A stretch of 64,000 nt of DNA from an uncultured Acidobacteriota bacterium (GCA_963811065.1 CAWEPR010000016.1:19816-83815); one strand, 5' to 3'. Counted from the stretch's first letter, positions 1 to 10,771 are shown. Notes: generated by a model from the sequence alone, not told the origin. A program made the numbers and translations.

Positions 1-1295
1 GCGGGATCGTCCACGGCGCGCGTGAAGGCAAACTGGCGCGGCACGAGGTGGTGCGACGCATCGAGCAAATACTTTGGCGGGTTTTCGTTCTGAAGCGAAG
101 CGAAGAGTTCACTTGCGCGGCGCAGTTCTGCGCGAACCGCTTCATCGCGCGAAGTCAGGTAAGAGATGCTGTAGCCGCGTCGCGGGTCTGGCGTCATTAT
201 CCAGTAGATTGCGCCGCCCGCCCCTGCACGCGCCGAGCTTTCAAAGTAGGCTCGAAACCATTCCACCTGCGAAAAGCCTTTGTAGCCTTCAGTCCCCATG
301 CCGAACTCGCCCATCACGAGCGGCTTGTTGATGGAAAGGGCGGCGGCTGCGCGGTTGTCTATGAATTCGCCTAGGGCTTCGGGCGAATCAACGAAGCTAT
401 CCGTATCGTCGCGCGGGTAAATGTGCGCGTCACAGTAGTCAATGGTCGGAATCCGATGCTCTTCCAGCCATTCGCGCCTCTCCCATGAAGTGCGATAACC
501 CCATGTGCCGGGCGCGATGAGATGGTCTGGGTCGAGCGACTTAACAAAAGCGCTCATCTCCGCCATCCACGCGCGGCGCTCCGCCCAGCGCCCCGTCGGA
601 GCCTGCGCCTCGTTCATCAACTCGTATCCGAAGATGGTTGGATCGTCGCGGTACATGACGCCCGTGATGCTGTTACGTCGAGCGACGATTCTCCTGACAT
701 GCTCGCGGTAGAGGCGGCGCGTCTCAACGTTCGTATAGAAAGGCATCGCGCGCTCCATGTTGATGCCGAAGGGCTGGCTGTCGTCGGCAGCGTCGGGCAG
801 ACCCGCCCAGCGCAGGTAGCGCACGACCCCGCCCGTATCGCGCCACCAGTTGCCGAGACAAATAAGGACGCGCAAGTTGTGGCGCGCGGCTTCGTCGAGC
901 ACGCGATCAAGATTTTCAAAAGCCTCTTCGTTCCAATCATCAGGGCCGCGACGAAACGGATGCGGCTTCAACCATTCATCGCGCGTGACGCCGCCGGGCT
1001 TGCCGTCGTCTTCGGCGCTCTCACCAAAAGCCCAGACACGAACCACTTTAACTCCGTCGAGCGCCGCCTGCCGGAAAGTCTCACCCATGCGCTCGCGCTC
1101 TTCATCGCCGTAGATGACGGCAGTGTTCGCGCCCGTAAAGCGAAACGATTGTCCATCAACGACGAAGCGTGCGCCGTTTGTCGAGACAAACCCGGGACGC
1201 GCGGCGGGCAAGGTGCCAGTTCGCGTGAAAAAGAAATAGGCCGCGCCCGCCAGAAGTCCTGCGAGCGCGACCAGGAGAAGCGATTTCCTAAACAT
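1..1295 (-). CDS. Glycoside hydrolase family 5-like secreted enzyme (mannanase/cellulase fold), partial; C-terminus lies beyond the window edge
   Basis: Absent from the ORF track because it runs off the window. Manual translation of the minus strand from the ATG at 1293-1295 gives MFRKSLLLVALAGLLAGAAYFFFTRTG (signal/anchor). Checked codons around 840-900 give LDEAARHNLRVLICLGNWW, which is GH5-like. The plus-strand ORF 522-1331 is its antisense shadow. Confidence 0.55.
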   Translation of the reverse strand, partial: MFRKSLLLVALAGLLAGAAYFFFTRTGTLPAARPGFVSTNGARFVVDGQSFRFTGANTAVIYGDEERERMGETFRQAALDGVKVVRVWAFGESAEDDGKPGGVTRDEWLKPHPFRRGPDDWNEEAFENLDRVLDEAARHNLRVLICLGNWWRDTGGVVRYLRWAGLPDAADDSQPFGINMERAMPFYTNVETRRLYREHVRRIVARRNSITGVMYRDDPTIFGYELMNEAQAPTGRWAERRAWMAEMSAFVKSLDPDHLIAPGTWGYRTSWERREWLEEHRIPTIDYCDAHIYPRDDTDSFVDSPEALGEFIDNRAAAALSINKPLVMGEFGMGTEGYKGFSQVEWFRAYFESSARAGAGGAIYWIMTPDPRRGYSISYLTSRDEAVRAELRRASELFASLQNENPPKYLLDASHHLVPRQFAFTRAVDDP

Positions 1296-1310
1296 GAAAA
1301 GAGAAGAGAA

Positions 1311-1685
1311 TTAAAGCTCGCCCACGTTTGACTGGCGCGGCGTGTTCAGTCGCGCAAAGCCGATGACGGTGCAGACAGCTCCCAGCACAACGAATAGGTT
1401 CAGCGATGCGAGAATCGGAAAGATAACATTTCCGTTCTGGGAATTGATACTCAAGACCAGCGCCAGCCAGTGTGCGTGATAAAGAATCAGGCAGGCGGCG
1501 GCCAGCGCAAACCAGCGCGTCGAAAGACCGAAGGCACGCGAGCGCGCAAAGCCGAGCACGGTGGCGACAAGCCAGCCAAGCCCGCCAGCGATGAGTAACA
1601 AACCAAAAACCCAGATGAAATATGGCGGCAGGTTGTAGACGGTGGCTTCTGATTGCGCGAGTATGAGAGGTGGAGCAAGCATCAA
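1311..1685 (-). CDS. Small multi-pass membrane protein, unknown function
   Basis: 124-aa ORF with 3-4 hydrophobic segments, immediately upstream of the GH5-like gene on the same strand. Confidence 0.45.
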   Translation of the reverse strand: MMLAPPLILAQSEATVYNLPPYFIWVFGLLLIAGGLGWLVATVLGFARSRAFGLSTRWFALAAACLILYHAHWLALVLSINSQNGNVIFPILASLNLFVVLGAVCTVIGFARLNTPRQSNVGEL

Positions 1686-1915
1686 AAATTATTCCTCAAA
1701 AGTTTCTCTCAGGGATTTAAAAGACTCAAACCACAAAAAAGCGCCGTTTGCGCACGGCAGGCTACTGCGATAACGCAAACGGCGTCAAGTTCACACTATC
1801 AATTCCGAAAGCCGCGCGCGCGTCATTGCGTGCGGGTGTAAAGCACAGGCGACAACCACTCCGCGCGCCTTATTGCGGAAGGCAGCGCGAGCGGTTTGAG
1901 CCAAGCCCAGCCGCC

Positions 1916-2134
1916 TTACTGAGTGATGTGAATTTCCTCTTCCTTGTTGACACGCTTAACAAAAAAGACGAGCGCGCACAGGAAAGCAACTACAGTACAA
2001 CCGATAGCCAGCCATAAATATTTCGGGTCACCGTGAACTGAAGCCGCAGTCTTGTATTTCCAGAAAAAGAAATAGACCGCTAATCCTGTCGCGATCAGGC
2101 CGATTACCCAGGTCAGAATATCTGTAATCTTCAT
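1916..2134 (-). CDS. Small two-TM membrane protein, unknown function
   Basis: 72-aa ORF with two clear hydrophobic helices (ILTWVIGLIATGLAVYFFFW and LWLAIGCTVVAFLCALVFFV). Confidence 0.4.
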   Translation of the reverse strand: MKITDILTWVIGLIATGLAVYFFFWKYKTAASVHGDPKYLWLAIGCTVVAFLCALVFFVKRVNKEEEIHITQ

Positions 2135-2314
2135 CTTGAACCTCCAGCGTCTGCTTTATTTGCAGGTAGAATGGCTCGAAAAGCCTTTTTAACTTGTCGC
2201 TTAAAGCTCAGAAGAGAACCGTCGGGTCAGCCATCTCGAATTTTGAGACGGCCAAAGGTTTTATGCGCCTGCAATGTTACTTCTACCACACATGAGAACG
2301 CAAGCATTTCAGTC

Positions 2315-2419
2315 AATGCAAAATTAAAAATGTAAAATGCAAAGTTGCGGCGGAAAGCCACTTTTAATTAAATGTGGTTTCAACCTCACTTTTGCATTTT
2401 ACATTTTTAATTTTGCATT
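2315..2419. repeat. Heptad-periodic palindromic element, AATGCAA/AATTAAA family
   Basis: The left arm AATGCAAAATTAAAAATGTAAAATGCAAAG pairs with the right arm CTTTTGCATTTTACATTTTTAATTTTGCATT. It overlaps the selB stop codon. Confidence 0.9.
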
Positions 2420-4343
2420 AAAGAATGATTCTCTTGTCTCCCGCGCGGCGTGTGATGCGCTCGCGGTCGAAGTATTCGAGCAAGGGGATAGCGTATTTGC
2501 GCGTGATGCCCGCAATTGTTTTGAAAGTGGGCACATCAATCAGACGCTGCGGCTCATGCTGGTCGGCATACTGGCGCAGCTTCGTTGTCAAAAGGTCTAA
2601 GGCTTCACGGTGGAAAAATAAATCAGGGCTGACGCGGGCGAGGAGGCGAGCGTCCAGAAGCAACTGGAAAATCTTGCGCTCATACTCTCGCGCCGCACGC
2701 GCGCCGCCACCCGCGTGAGCGGCTGAGAGCGCTTCGTCAAGCGTCGGCGGCTCAAGCGCGGCGTCTTTGTAAATCTTCTCAAGGCGGTCTCTGAGCGCGG
2801 TGTCGTCCGAGGACAGTGAGAGTTTGTGAGACGCGGCGCGCACAAACTCTTTTTCGGAGACGAGCGCGCCCGTTTTTTCCAGATGCATCATCACGGCGCG
2901 GAAAACCTCCGGCGCGGTGTGAGAGAATATCCTCTCGCGCAGAGTCTCACGTAATAGCCCGCGCGCCAGCGGTTCGCGTTTGTGATGCCCGTTGACCTCC
3001 GCGAGCGTCGCCTGCGAGATGCGCCCAAAACTCTCTTTGTTGAGGTACACGCCCTCGGCGTCTACGACCGCGCCGCTCTCCAATGCACTCTTCGCGGCAG
3101 CTTCGAGCGTCTCATCCGTCCAGCCCGTGCGTGCCGCAAGGTCAGCGCGCCGCAAACCCTGCTCGCCCGCCGTTTCGACAAACAGGGCAAACTCGTCGTT
3201 TCTGTCTGCGGTCACAAGCCGCACTAGTCGCTCGCGCGCATCCGCTATCTCACGTCCGCGATGCTTTGCGGGCAGCGCGTCGAGAATGCGTCCGCCCGCG
3301 ATTGTCAGCGAAGGCGAATAGGAACGGATGATGAAACGCTCTTTGGGCAAAGCGACGACCGCTGATTCAAGTCGCAGTTGCGCCAACCCGCTCTTGCCCG
3401 GCGCAATCTCACCCGCTTTTTCCAGCACGCGCAAACGGGCTAAGACTTCCGCCGCGCCAAGATGCACGCGCACGCGCATGCGTGAGCGCAAAGGTCTGGG
3501 CGCACTCTCCAGAACGTCCAGTTGAGCATCTATGATCTGGGTGGGGCGCAGTCGCCCGACGGGCGCGAGGACCATGCCGCGCTCAACTTGCGCCGCTTCG
3601 ATGCCGCCCAGGTTGACGGCCACACGTTGCCCCGCGCTCGCGAGCGTGACCTGCGAGTTGTGTACCTGAAGCCCGCGCACACGGACGCGCGTCGCGCCAG
3701 GCAGCAACTCCATTTCATCGCCCTCTTTAATCTCCCCGGCGATGAGCGTGCCCGTCACGACCGCGCCGAAGCCCCGCATCGTGAAAGCGCGATCCACAGG
3801 CAGTCGCGCAATCGTCCCGGCGGAGCGCGCGGGCACTTGTGATGCTACAACCTTGAGCGCCGCTTTCAATTCTTCAAGGCGGTCGCCTGTGCGTGCGCTG
3901 ACTGCCAGCACGGGCGCGCCTTCGAGAAACGAGCCTGCGACTAACTCTTCGGCTTCAGCGCGGACGAGCGCGAGCAGTTCCTCGTCAACCATGTCTGTCT
4001 TGGTGAGACAGATAATGCCGGAGCGGACACCCAGCAAACGGCAGATGTCAAAATGCTCGCGCGTCTGCGGCATCACGCCTTCATCGGCGGCGATGACGAG
4101 TGCGACCAAGTCTATGCCGTGCGCGCCCGCCAGCATGTTCTTGACGAAACGCTCGTGTCCCGGCACGTCTATAAACCCGAGCCGCACGTCTTCCAGCTCA
4201 AGCTCTGCGAATCCCAGATCAATCGTAATCCCGCGCCGCTTCTCCTCCGGCAGACGATCCGCATCCACGCCCGTCAACGCACGCACGAGCGCGGTCTTCC
4301 CATGATCTATGTGCCCGGCTGTACCAACGATGATTGACTTCAT
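2418..4343 (-). CDS. selB: Selenocysteine-specific translation elongation factor SelB
   Basis: 641 aa. N-terminal GTPase with [16 protein letters not shown] and TKTD motifs, then EF-Tu-like domains 2/3 and a long winged-helix C-terminal extension typical of bacterial SelB. Confidence 0.9.
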   Translation of the reverse strand: MKSIIVGTAGHIDHGKTALVRALTGVDADRLPEEKRRGITIDLGFAELELEDVRLGFIDVPGHERFVKNMLAGAHGIDLVALVIAADEGVMPQTREHFDICRLLGVRSGIICLTKTDMVDEELLALVRAEAEELVAGSFLEGAPVLAVSARTGDRLEELKAALKVVASQVPARSAGTIARLPVDRAFTMRGFGAVVTGTLIAGEIKEGDEMELLPGATRVRVRGLQVHNSQVTLASAGQRVAVNLGGIEAAQVERGMVLAPVGRLRPTQIIDAQLDVLESAPRPLRSRMRVRVHLGAAEVLARLRVLEKAGEIAPGKSGLAQLRLESAVVALPKERFIIRSYSPSLTIAGGRILDALPAKHRGREIADARERLVRLVTADRNDEFALFVETAGEQGLRRADLAARTGWTDETLEAAAKSALESGAVVDAEGVYLNKESFGRISQATLAEVNGHHKREPLARGLLRETLRERIFSHTAPEVFRAVMMHLEKTGALVSEKEFVRAASHKLSLSSDDTALRDRLEKIYKDAALEPPTLDEALSAAHAGGGARAAREYERKIFQLLLDARLLARVSPDLFFHREALDLLTTKLRQYADQHEPQRLIDVPTFKTIAGITRKYAIPLLEYFDRERITRRAGDKRIIL

Positions 4344-4424
4344 AAGTGATGAGTGATGAGTGATGAGTGATGAGTGACGAGCAATTGCTTTTACTCACCA
4401 CTCATTACTCATTACTCATCACTT
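4344..4424. repeat. Heptad-periodic palindromic element, AGTGATG family
   Basis: (AGTGATG)x4 AGTGACG AGCAA / TTGCT...CTCATTACTCATTACTCATCACT, between the VWA stop and the selB start. Confidence 0.9.
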
Positions 4425-4426
4425 TT

Positions 4427-6538
4427 CTATTTGACTATTTCAAAATCAACCCATTGCGTCGCCGTCCGGTACTTCTCTTTGGCGAGGCGGTCGGTAGTGA
4501 TGACTTGCAGGATATAATCGCCGGGCGTCATATCTGACCCAAGTTCTACACGGCCTCCTGCTGTCAGCCGCTTCAAGTCAGTTTGATTACTCACGTCAAA
4601 AGGCTGCACGCGCCCGGCGAAGATTTCTTTGCCGTTGTGGAAGAGGCGCATCTGTGTCTGTAGCTGCGGTCGCCCCGTCGTTTTATCTACCTGCGCGTTA
4701 TAGATGGCGTAGACGAAGTTCATCACAGCCCCGGACCGGAATCTGCGACTGGCTGCACCGGACGAAGAGTCGTTCCCGCTCGCAACGACGCCCGAAAGCG
4801 TGAGACGGTTGTTTTTAATGTCTGGAACTTCGATGAACTGGCTGGCCGAGCCGAGGGATTTGGTCGCGGGGTCGCGCACGCCGATGCGTAACTGGTAGCT
4901 GCCGGGATTCTTGACCGGGACATCGAAAGAATAGACCAACCCGTTGCGGAGCAGTCGCTCGTAGCTTGCGCCGCGCACCTGGATGGTCTCATCACGAGTG
5001 ACCTGATCAACTATCTTCCCCGAATCGTCAAAGGTCATTGCCGCGACCTCCATCTTAGCCGTCTGCCACCCTTCCGAGTCCACCTCAAACTTCAGGGCTT
5101 TGGCGTCAACGTGCAGGAGCGAGCGCATGAACGAGCCTCCTGTGGCGGGGTCGTTGCTAAACAAGGATGTCAGGCGCAGATTAATCTCGCCCGTTTGAAA
5201 AGGGGAAGTCATCGCGGCAATCAACTCCTCGCCGCGCGTGCGCGGGGCAGCGCGCCTCTCCTCTTCCGTTAACCCGAAAAATCCTTTGCGCGAACGAACC
5301 ATCAATCCGGGGCGCTTCACGCGGATGCTGATCTTGTGAAAGCGGCTGCGACCGAACGTCCCTTCAGACGGGCGATAGCCAATCAGGTAATAGCCCCTGA
5401 GGTCATCGAGCGCACGCTGGAGACCGAGGTCAATGTCGTTATTATTAATCAAGGCAGTGCCGCCAGTTTGCTCGGCGATGAAGCGCATGCCGACCTGTGA
5501 GTTGTAGAGCTTCAGAGAGTTGTCGCCGATTAGATCGGCCATCGAGGGAGGCGCTTTGCTCATCTCCGCTGTGACGCTCATAATTGGCAGTCCGCGTGTG
5601 TCCACCATATAAATAACTGCGGACGCTTGATTGGCGCGGTCCAGCAGCTTGGTGATACCCTCGCCGGGTTCGGCTGTGAGCCTCTGGCGCGTGCGCAGCT
5701 CCGCGCCCTTTTCCAGCATCTCGTCCATCTTTTTTAATGCTTCATCAATTCCGGTTCCGGCTTTTCCGCTGCCATCCAGTTTCAGGTCAATGTCGCTGAC
5801 TGACGGGAAGATCGCAAAATCATCTGTGAAAACCACTACGGACTTGCGACCCGGTAGACCTTTCAGTCCCTTGAGGATGAAGCTCAGGGCGTCTAACGTA
5901 TATTGCGCGCCTTTCACAGTCGTCAGCGAAGGCGGTTTGCTACCCGGCCCAAAGTTGTTGATACCGACGCGTGAATAGAAAGTCCAGCGGATGCGGTCAA
6001 TGGCGGCGAGCAGTTGCCGCTTGTTGGTCGTTAGTTGCTGTAAAGCGCTAGCGCCCGCGCCGGTGCGGGCTATCGCCACGAGGTCGCCCGGTTGGAGTTT
6101 CTCGTTCACGAACTTTCTCATAGAGTCGCGGACGCGAACCGTACTCTCAAACGACAACCCCAGATCATCTGCCACGAGAATGACGGTGCGCCGCACCTGT
6201 TCGGGGCGCAAACGAACGGGCGCAACCACGGGGGCGTTGCCAACGGGCGGCGAGGTCAAACGTGAGGCGGCCTCCGAGCCTGTCTCGATGTAAGAAAAGT
6301 TCGTGATCGCCTGGGGTCGTCCGTCTTCCAGAATCTCGAATTCATCGGGGCGCAGGTCTGTCACCTGCTTGCCCGTTTTGTCCGTCACGATGGCGTCAAC
6401 CTGCACGAGATTGGTGGTGACGCGTACCACCTCATCTTCGGATTGGTCTTGCCCGGTTGCAGGCGCTGGCGTCTGCCCGATACTTGAGGTCAGGAAAGAG
6501 AGAATAAGGATGGAAGTGAGCGAGGCTCGTTTTTTCAT
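4427..6538 (-). CDS. Secreted VWA domain protein (acidobacterial VWFA-related family)
   Basis: 703 aa with a signal peptide. Has the conserved N-terminal block VVRVTTNLVQVDAIVTDKTGKQVTDLRPDEFEILEDGRPQ, a VWA-like core (VILVADDLGLS) and a C-terminal tail ...KEKYRTATQWVDFEIVK shared with the next gene. Confidence 0.75.
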   Translation of the reverse strand: MKKRASLTSILILSFLTSSIGQTPAPATGQDQSEDEVVRVTTNLVQVDAIVTDKTGKQVTDLRPDEFEILEDGRPQAITNFSYIETGSEAASRLTSPPVGNAPVVAPVRLRPEQVRRTVILVADDLGLSFESTVRVRDSMRKFVNEKLQPGDLVAIARTGAGASALQQLTTNKRQLLAAIDRIRWTFYSRVGINNFGPGSKPPSLTTVKGAQYTLDALSFILKGLKGLPGRKSVVVFTDDFAIFPSVSDIDLKLDGSGKAGTGIDEALKKMDEMLEKGAELRTRQRLTAEPGEGITKLLDRANQASAVIYMVDTRGLPIMSVTAEMSKAPPSMADLIGDNSLKLYNSQVGMRFIAEQTGGTALINNNDIDLGLQRALDDLRGYYLIGYRPSEGTFGRSRFHKISIRVKRPGLMVRSRKGFFGLTEEERRAAPRTRGEELIAAMTSPFQTGEINLRLTSLFSNDPATGGSFMRSLLHVDAKALKFEVDSEGWQTAKMEVAAMTFDDSGKIVDQVTRDETIQVRGASYERLLRNGLVYSFDVPVKNPGSYQLRIGVRDPATKSLGSASQFIEVPDIKNNRLTLSGVVASGNDSSSGAASRRFRSGAVMNFVYAIYNAQVDKTTGRPQLQTQMRLFHNGKEIFAGRVQPFDVSNQTDLKRLTAGGRVELGSDMTPGDYILQVITTDRLAKEKYRTATQWVDFEIVK

Positions 6539-6807
6539 GAGAGGCTCCTCTGGCAGTTAATTAGAGACTAACGCTTCAAGTGTAATACGCGTTGAAGATT
6601 GTCGAAGGCATGGCGCGCGCACTTTTGAAAGCGTCCTGGCGTGTTGCGTCCTCTATCAACGGCAAAGCATGTGCCCGAACCGGAAAAGATAACTCGCCTA
6701 TCCGATTCCTGCCTGATTCACGGCATGAATCTCTGCACGAAAGAGCCTCCTCATGCGAGATAGTGCTTGCCCCTATACTATATGGTGCGCGATGGTGGCG
6801 GAAGAAT

Positions 6808-6884
6808 AGGGGACAATGGTCAGGGGTCGGGGGTCAGTCAAAGCAATTCTTTTTCCGACCCCTGACCCCTGTCCCCAGTCCCCT
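6808..6884. repeat. Heptad-periodic palindromic element, GGGGTCA family
   Basis: GGGGACA ATGGTCA GGGGTCG GGGGTCA opposite CGACCCCTGACCCCTGTCCCCAGTCCCC. Confidence 0.85.
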
Positions 6885-9113
6885 ACTTCACTATTTCAAA
6901 ATCTATCCACTGCGTTGCCGTGCGATACTTCTCTTTGGCCAGCGGGTCAGTAACGATGACTTGCAGGATATATTCGCCGGGGATCATCTCTGTGCCAAGC
7001 TGCAAAGCTCCGCCTGCCATCAGTCGCTTCAAGTCGGTCTGATCGCTGGCGTCAAACGGCTGCACCCGCCCCGTGAAGACTTCTTTGCCGTCGCGGAAGA
7101 GGCGCATCTGAATTTGTATTTGGGGGCGAGCGCTTCCTTTGTCAAGGGTCGCGTTATAGACCGCGTAGCCATATCCCAGCACCATCCCGCGCCGGAACCG
7201 GCGCACCGCCGGGCCAGCCTGCGGGTCTGAGTTGGTACTCTCTTCTTCCTTGTTAGCCTGAGCATCCGGCGTCGCCGCCGTCGAACTCTCGTTGTCTTTG
7301 TTTGCGGTCGCGCCGCGTTTGACGGCAGGGTCTGAGCCGCTGACGATGATGCCGGAAAGCGTCAGCCGATTCTTGCCGATGTTGGGAACTTCGATGAACT
7401 GGCTGGCCGAGCCGACGCGTTCAGACGACACGTCGCGCAAGGCTGTACGCAGTTGGTAAGCGCCGGGCTTTTTAACCGGAACGGTCAGGATGAAGACCAG
7501 CCCGTCTTCGAGGGCACGTCGATAAGATTCGCCGCGGATGCGTACCGTGTGGGTTCGTGACAGTTCATCCACAATCGTTCCGTTATCGCCGAAGGTGACG
7601 GCGAGAATATCGAAGACGGCTTTATGCCAGCCGTCGGCTTCCTCCGTAAACGTCAGATCACGCGCTTCGATATGCACCAGCGAGCGCATGAAGCCACCCC
7701 CCTTTGCATCATTGCCATAGAGAGAGGTCAGGCGTAATTTCACGCCGCCTGAGCCGAAGGGCGAAGCCAGCGCGTTTATTAATTGCCCGGCGCGGGTGAG
7801 CGGCTTCGGAGCAGCCTCTTCATCGGTGATGCCGTAGAAGCCCGTGCGGGTTCGATATTGAGACCGGGACGCTTGAGCTTGAGCGTGATTTTATGAAACT
7901 TGCGGCGACCCGTAGCATCTTCAAAAGTTGATTCATCCGGGCGGTAGCCGATCAGGTAGTAGCCTTTCTGATCCTCCAGCACACGCTTGATGCCTGCGCT
8001 CAAATCGTTGGTGTTGCGGATGGGGAAGCCGCCCGTCTGACGTGCCAGATAATTCAGGCCGCTCTGCGATTCGAAGAGATCGTTGCGCCGGTTTTGCAGT
8101 TGCCTTTCCAACTGGTCTGAGGAGAGACCCGAGGTGTTGTCCGCTGCCGACAGCCCGAGGGTTTGCAGGCCGCGCGCGTCCATCGTGTAGATGACGACCG
8201 AAGCGCGATTGGCCAGATCGGTCAGGCGTCGCAAGGCTTCCAGCACGCGAGTGCCGCGGGTCGGGTCGTCTCCATTGAAAATCTTAATCCCATCCGACAT
8301 CAGGAGAATGGATTTGCGCCCCGGCAGTTCACGCATTCCGCGCACGACGTAATTGACCGCACCGAGTGTGCCGACGGCGAAAAGCTCTTCACGAAACTGG
8401 TCAACGTCTTCTCCCCCGCTGCGCATGTTTGCCAAATCCTGATTGGGCAGCTGCTCGCGCATCTCAGCCAGCGGGTCGGCTTGAATCGCCGCAAATGCTC
8501 CCACGCCGCCACGCCCCTGCGGGTTCCATTTGACGCGTTCGATGGCCGCGTAAAGTTGCCGCTTGTCGGACGTGAACTGCTGCAAAGCGCCGATGCCGCC
8601 CCCCGTGCGAATGATGGCGACGAGATCGCCCGGCTGAAGCTGCTGGTCAACGAATTTCTTGAGCGCCTGCCTGACAAACGCCGTACTCTCAAACGACAAT
8701 CCCAGATCATCAACGACGAGCGCGACGGTGCGACGCACCTGTTCGGGCTTGAGGCGCGCGGGCGGAACGGGCGGCGCGAGTTTGTCAACGGGCGCAGCGG
8801 GCGTCGCGGGCGTCGTCGTCTCGCTCATCGTCGAGACGAATGAAAAGTTCGTGATCTTCTGCGGGCGACCATCTTCCATGATTTCGACCTCTTCGGGTCG
8901 AAGGTCCGTCACCAGCTTTCCTGACTTGTCTGTGACGACGGCATCCACCTGGACGAGATTCGTCGTGATTCGCACTACCTCGTCTTCGTCGGTTTGTTCC
9001 TGTTGTTGAGCCGGAGGCGTCTGGGGCGCAGGAGTCGGCTGCGGGTTTTGTCCCAAAGCGGTGTTGAAGAGCGAAAAGATGAGAGCCAGCGCGAGCGAGG
9101 AGTGTTTCTTCAT
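6883..9113 (-). pseudogene. Second VWA-family paralog, split by an apparent 1-nt frameshift near 7850-7858
   Basis: ORF 7779-9140 matches the N-terminal two thirds of the 703-aa neighbour. ORF 6883-7743 matches its C-terminal third. Retranslating around 7850 in the other frame restores RTRTGFYGITDEEAAPKP, which joins the two pieces. Confidence 0.7.
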
Positions 9114-9284
9114 AATCATTCTCCGCCAAAACGGACGCACCGTGAAGCCTGCGCGTTCTCTTCGAATCAGGAGATGCCAGCCTCCTGGTGAAGGTCGTCA
9201 AATTCCCATGCCAGGACTTGGCTTTCCGCAATCGGATATGCGATGCTTCGGGGGCAATCACATCAAGAATTAGGTGGAGAGATT

Positions 9285-9711
9285 ATGCCAGAGCAAGCTC
9301 AAAAGGGCGACACGGTGCAGGTTCATTATACGGGACGGCTGACGACCGGCGAGGTCTTCGATTCTTCCGAAGACGGCGAGCCGCTGGAGTTTGAAATCGG
9401 CGCAGGCGGCGTCATCAAAGGCTTTGACGAAGGCGTGGAGGGCATGAGCGTCGGCGACAAAAAGCAGATCGAGATTGAAGTCGAGAACGCTTACGGCGAA
9501 CGAAACGAGCGTCTCGTGCAGACTATCCCGCGCGAGGGTCTTAATCTCGACACAGAGCCGCAAGCCGGAATGAATCTTGGCGATGCAACTGCCCGACGGC
9601 AACCAGATTCCCGTCGCCATCACGGAGGTTACGACAGACACCATCACCCTGGACGCCAATCACCCGCTCGCCGGGCAGAAGCTCATCTTCAAGGTCGAAC
9701 GCGTCAAGTAA
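9285..9711 (+). pseudogene. FKBP-type peptidyl-prolyl isomerase (SlyD-like) with an apparent frameshift near 9575-9585
   Basis: The ATG at 9285 follows GGTGGAGAG. The N-terminus KGDTVQVHYTGRLTTGEVFDSS...GFDEGVEGMSVGDKK is an FKBP fold. The natural C-terminus MQLPDGNQIPVAITEVTTDTITLDANHPLAGQKLIFKVERVK with its stop at 9709-9711 is in another frame. Confidence 0.7.
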
Positions 9712-9760
9712 TATTCACACACAAAGAATTTAGTTGTTGAAGAAAGATGGGACCAAAGAG

Positions 9761-10144
9761 ATGCTTAAAGTTGAGGATATGCCGCTTGAGGAGATGCAGG
9801 CGCTTTTGCGCCGGATAGGTTTCGGGCATCTGGGCTGCGTGCGCGAGGGTCGTCCCTACGTCGTGCCGATGCATTACGCTTACGACGGCGAATGCCTCTA
9901 TCTGTTCACGACCGAAGGAATGAAGACCAGTTTCATCGAAGCCAACAATGAAGTGTGCATGCAGGTCGAAGAGGTCGAGAGCGCCTCACACTGGCAAAGC
10001 GTGATGGTCACAGGCCGCGCCGAGCGCATCACCGTGCAGGAAGAGAAAGAGCACGCGATGCAGTTAATCACCGAAAATAACCCGACGCTTACGCCCGCGC
10101 TCAACCAGACGCAGCTCGATGCGTGGCAGCGTGCCAACAGGTAG
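9761..10144 (+). CDS. Pyridoxamine 5'-phosphate oxidase family (Pyridox_ox_2-like) flavoprotein
   Basis: MLKVEDMPLEEMQALLRRIGFGHLGCVREGRPYVVPMHYAYDGECLYLFT is typical of this family. The expected C-terminal tail (VVMYRIRP then AIIDGRKTV, stop 10191-10193) sits in two other frames just downstream. Confidence 0.6.
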   Translation: MLKVEDMPLEEMQALLRRIGFGHLGCVREGRPYVVPMHYAYDGECLYLFTTEGMKTSFIEANNEVCMQVEEVESASHWQSVMVTGRAERITVQEEKEHAMQLITENNPTLTPALNQTQLDAWQRANR

Positions 10145-10261
10145 TCATGTATCGCATCCGCCCGCGATCATTGATGGACGCAAGACGGTTTGAGGGCGAA
10201 ACCGGAGGCAGCGTCTCTAGCCCTCTCCGCGCACGGTCTTCAAGTCTTTAATGAAATCCTC

Positions 10262-10771
10262 TAATCGCGTCTTCGGCCCACATCGAACTTTTCCGCGATT
10301 TCCAGACAATCGCGCGGCGGCTTGCCATTCAATCGATCGTTGAGGATGACGAACAACTCTCCGTAAGGATAGGGATGGCCAAGCGGCCTGCGATATTCCA
10401 GCAGATTAAACAAGATGATGAAATCTGAGTCCGGAATATTTTTGACGGCGGTGATACTTGCCGTACTTCTTCATGTAATTATTCAGCTTCCGAGCCAGCG
10501 AGTTAAAAAGCCTCGGATAGCGAAAGCGTGCGTCCGGGTCTGCTTTATAGGCTTCGTTGATGATAGCTCTGGCCTGCCCTCGGCTGTCTATCACGGCGCT
10601 TCGACGAACCAGCAAGACGACCCGCCGACCGTTTCTTATCTCCGCCAGAGAACCCATCAGAATACTGCCGCCGCCGTCCCCGTCAACAGAGGTCTGTGGT
10701 GATTGGCTAAGCGCCGAATGATTCGCCAGCACGACGAAGAGGAACAGCAGTAGTCCTTTAGCGTAACGCAT
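10262..10771 (-). pseudogene. Secreted hypothetical protein with an apparent frameshift near 10452-10458
   Basis: Signal peptide MRYAKGLLLFLFVVLANHSALSQ. The ORF stops at 10406, but a protein-like continuation ITAVKNIPDSDFIILFNLLEYRRPLGHPYPYGELFVILNDRLNGKPPRDCLEIAEKFDVG is read in another frame down to the stop at 10262-10264. Confidence 0.45.

Noticed and set aside
2135-2417. A possible tRNA-Sec (selC) or other tRNA downstream of selB
   Set aside because: There is no cloverleaf-compatible sequence, no TCA anticodon loop context and no GGTTCGA-type T-arm. The region holds only a palindromic repeat.
4344-4424. Tandem short repeats here and at the other heptad elements as CRISPR arrays
   Set aside because: The units are 7 nt with no spacers. 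Each block is under 50 nt and is paired with an inverted copy, and there are no cas genes.
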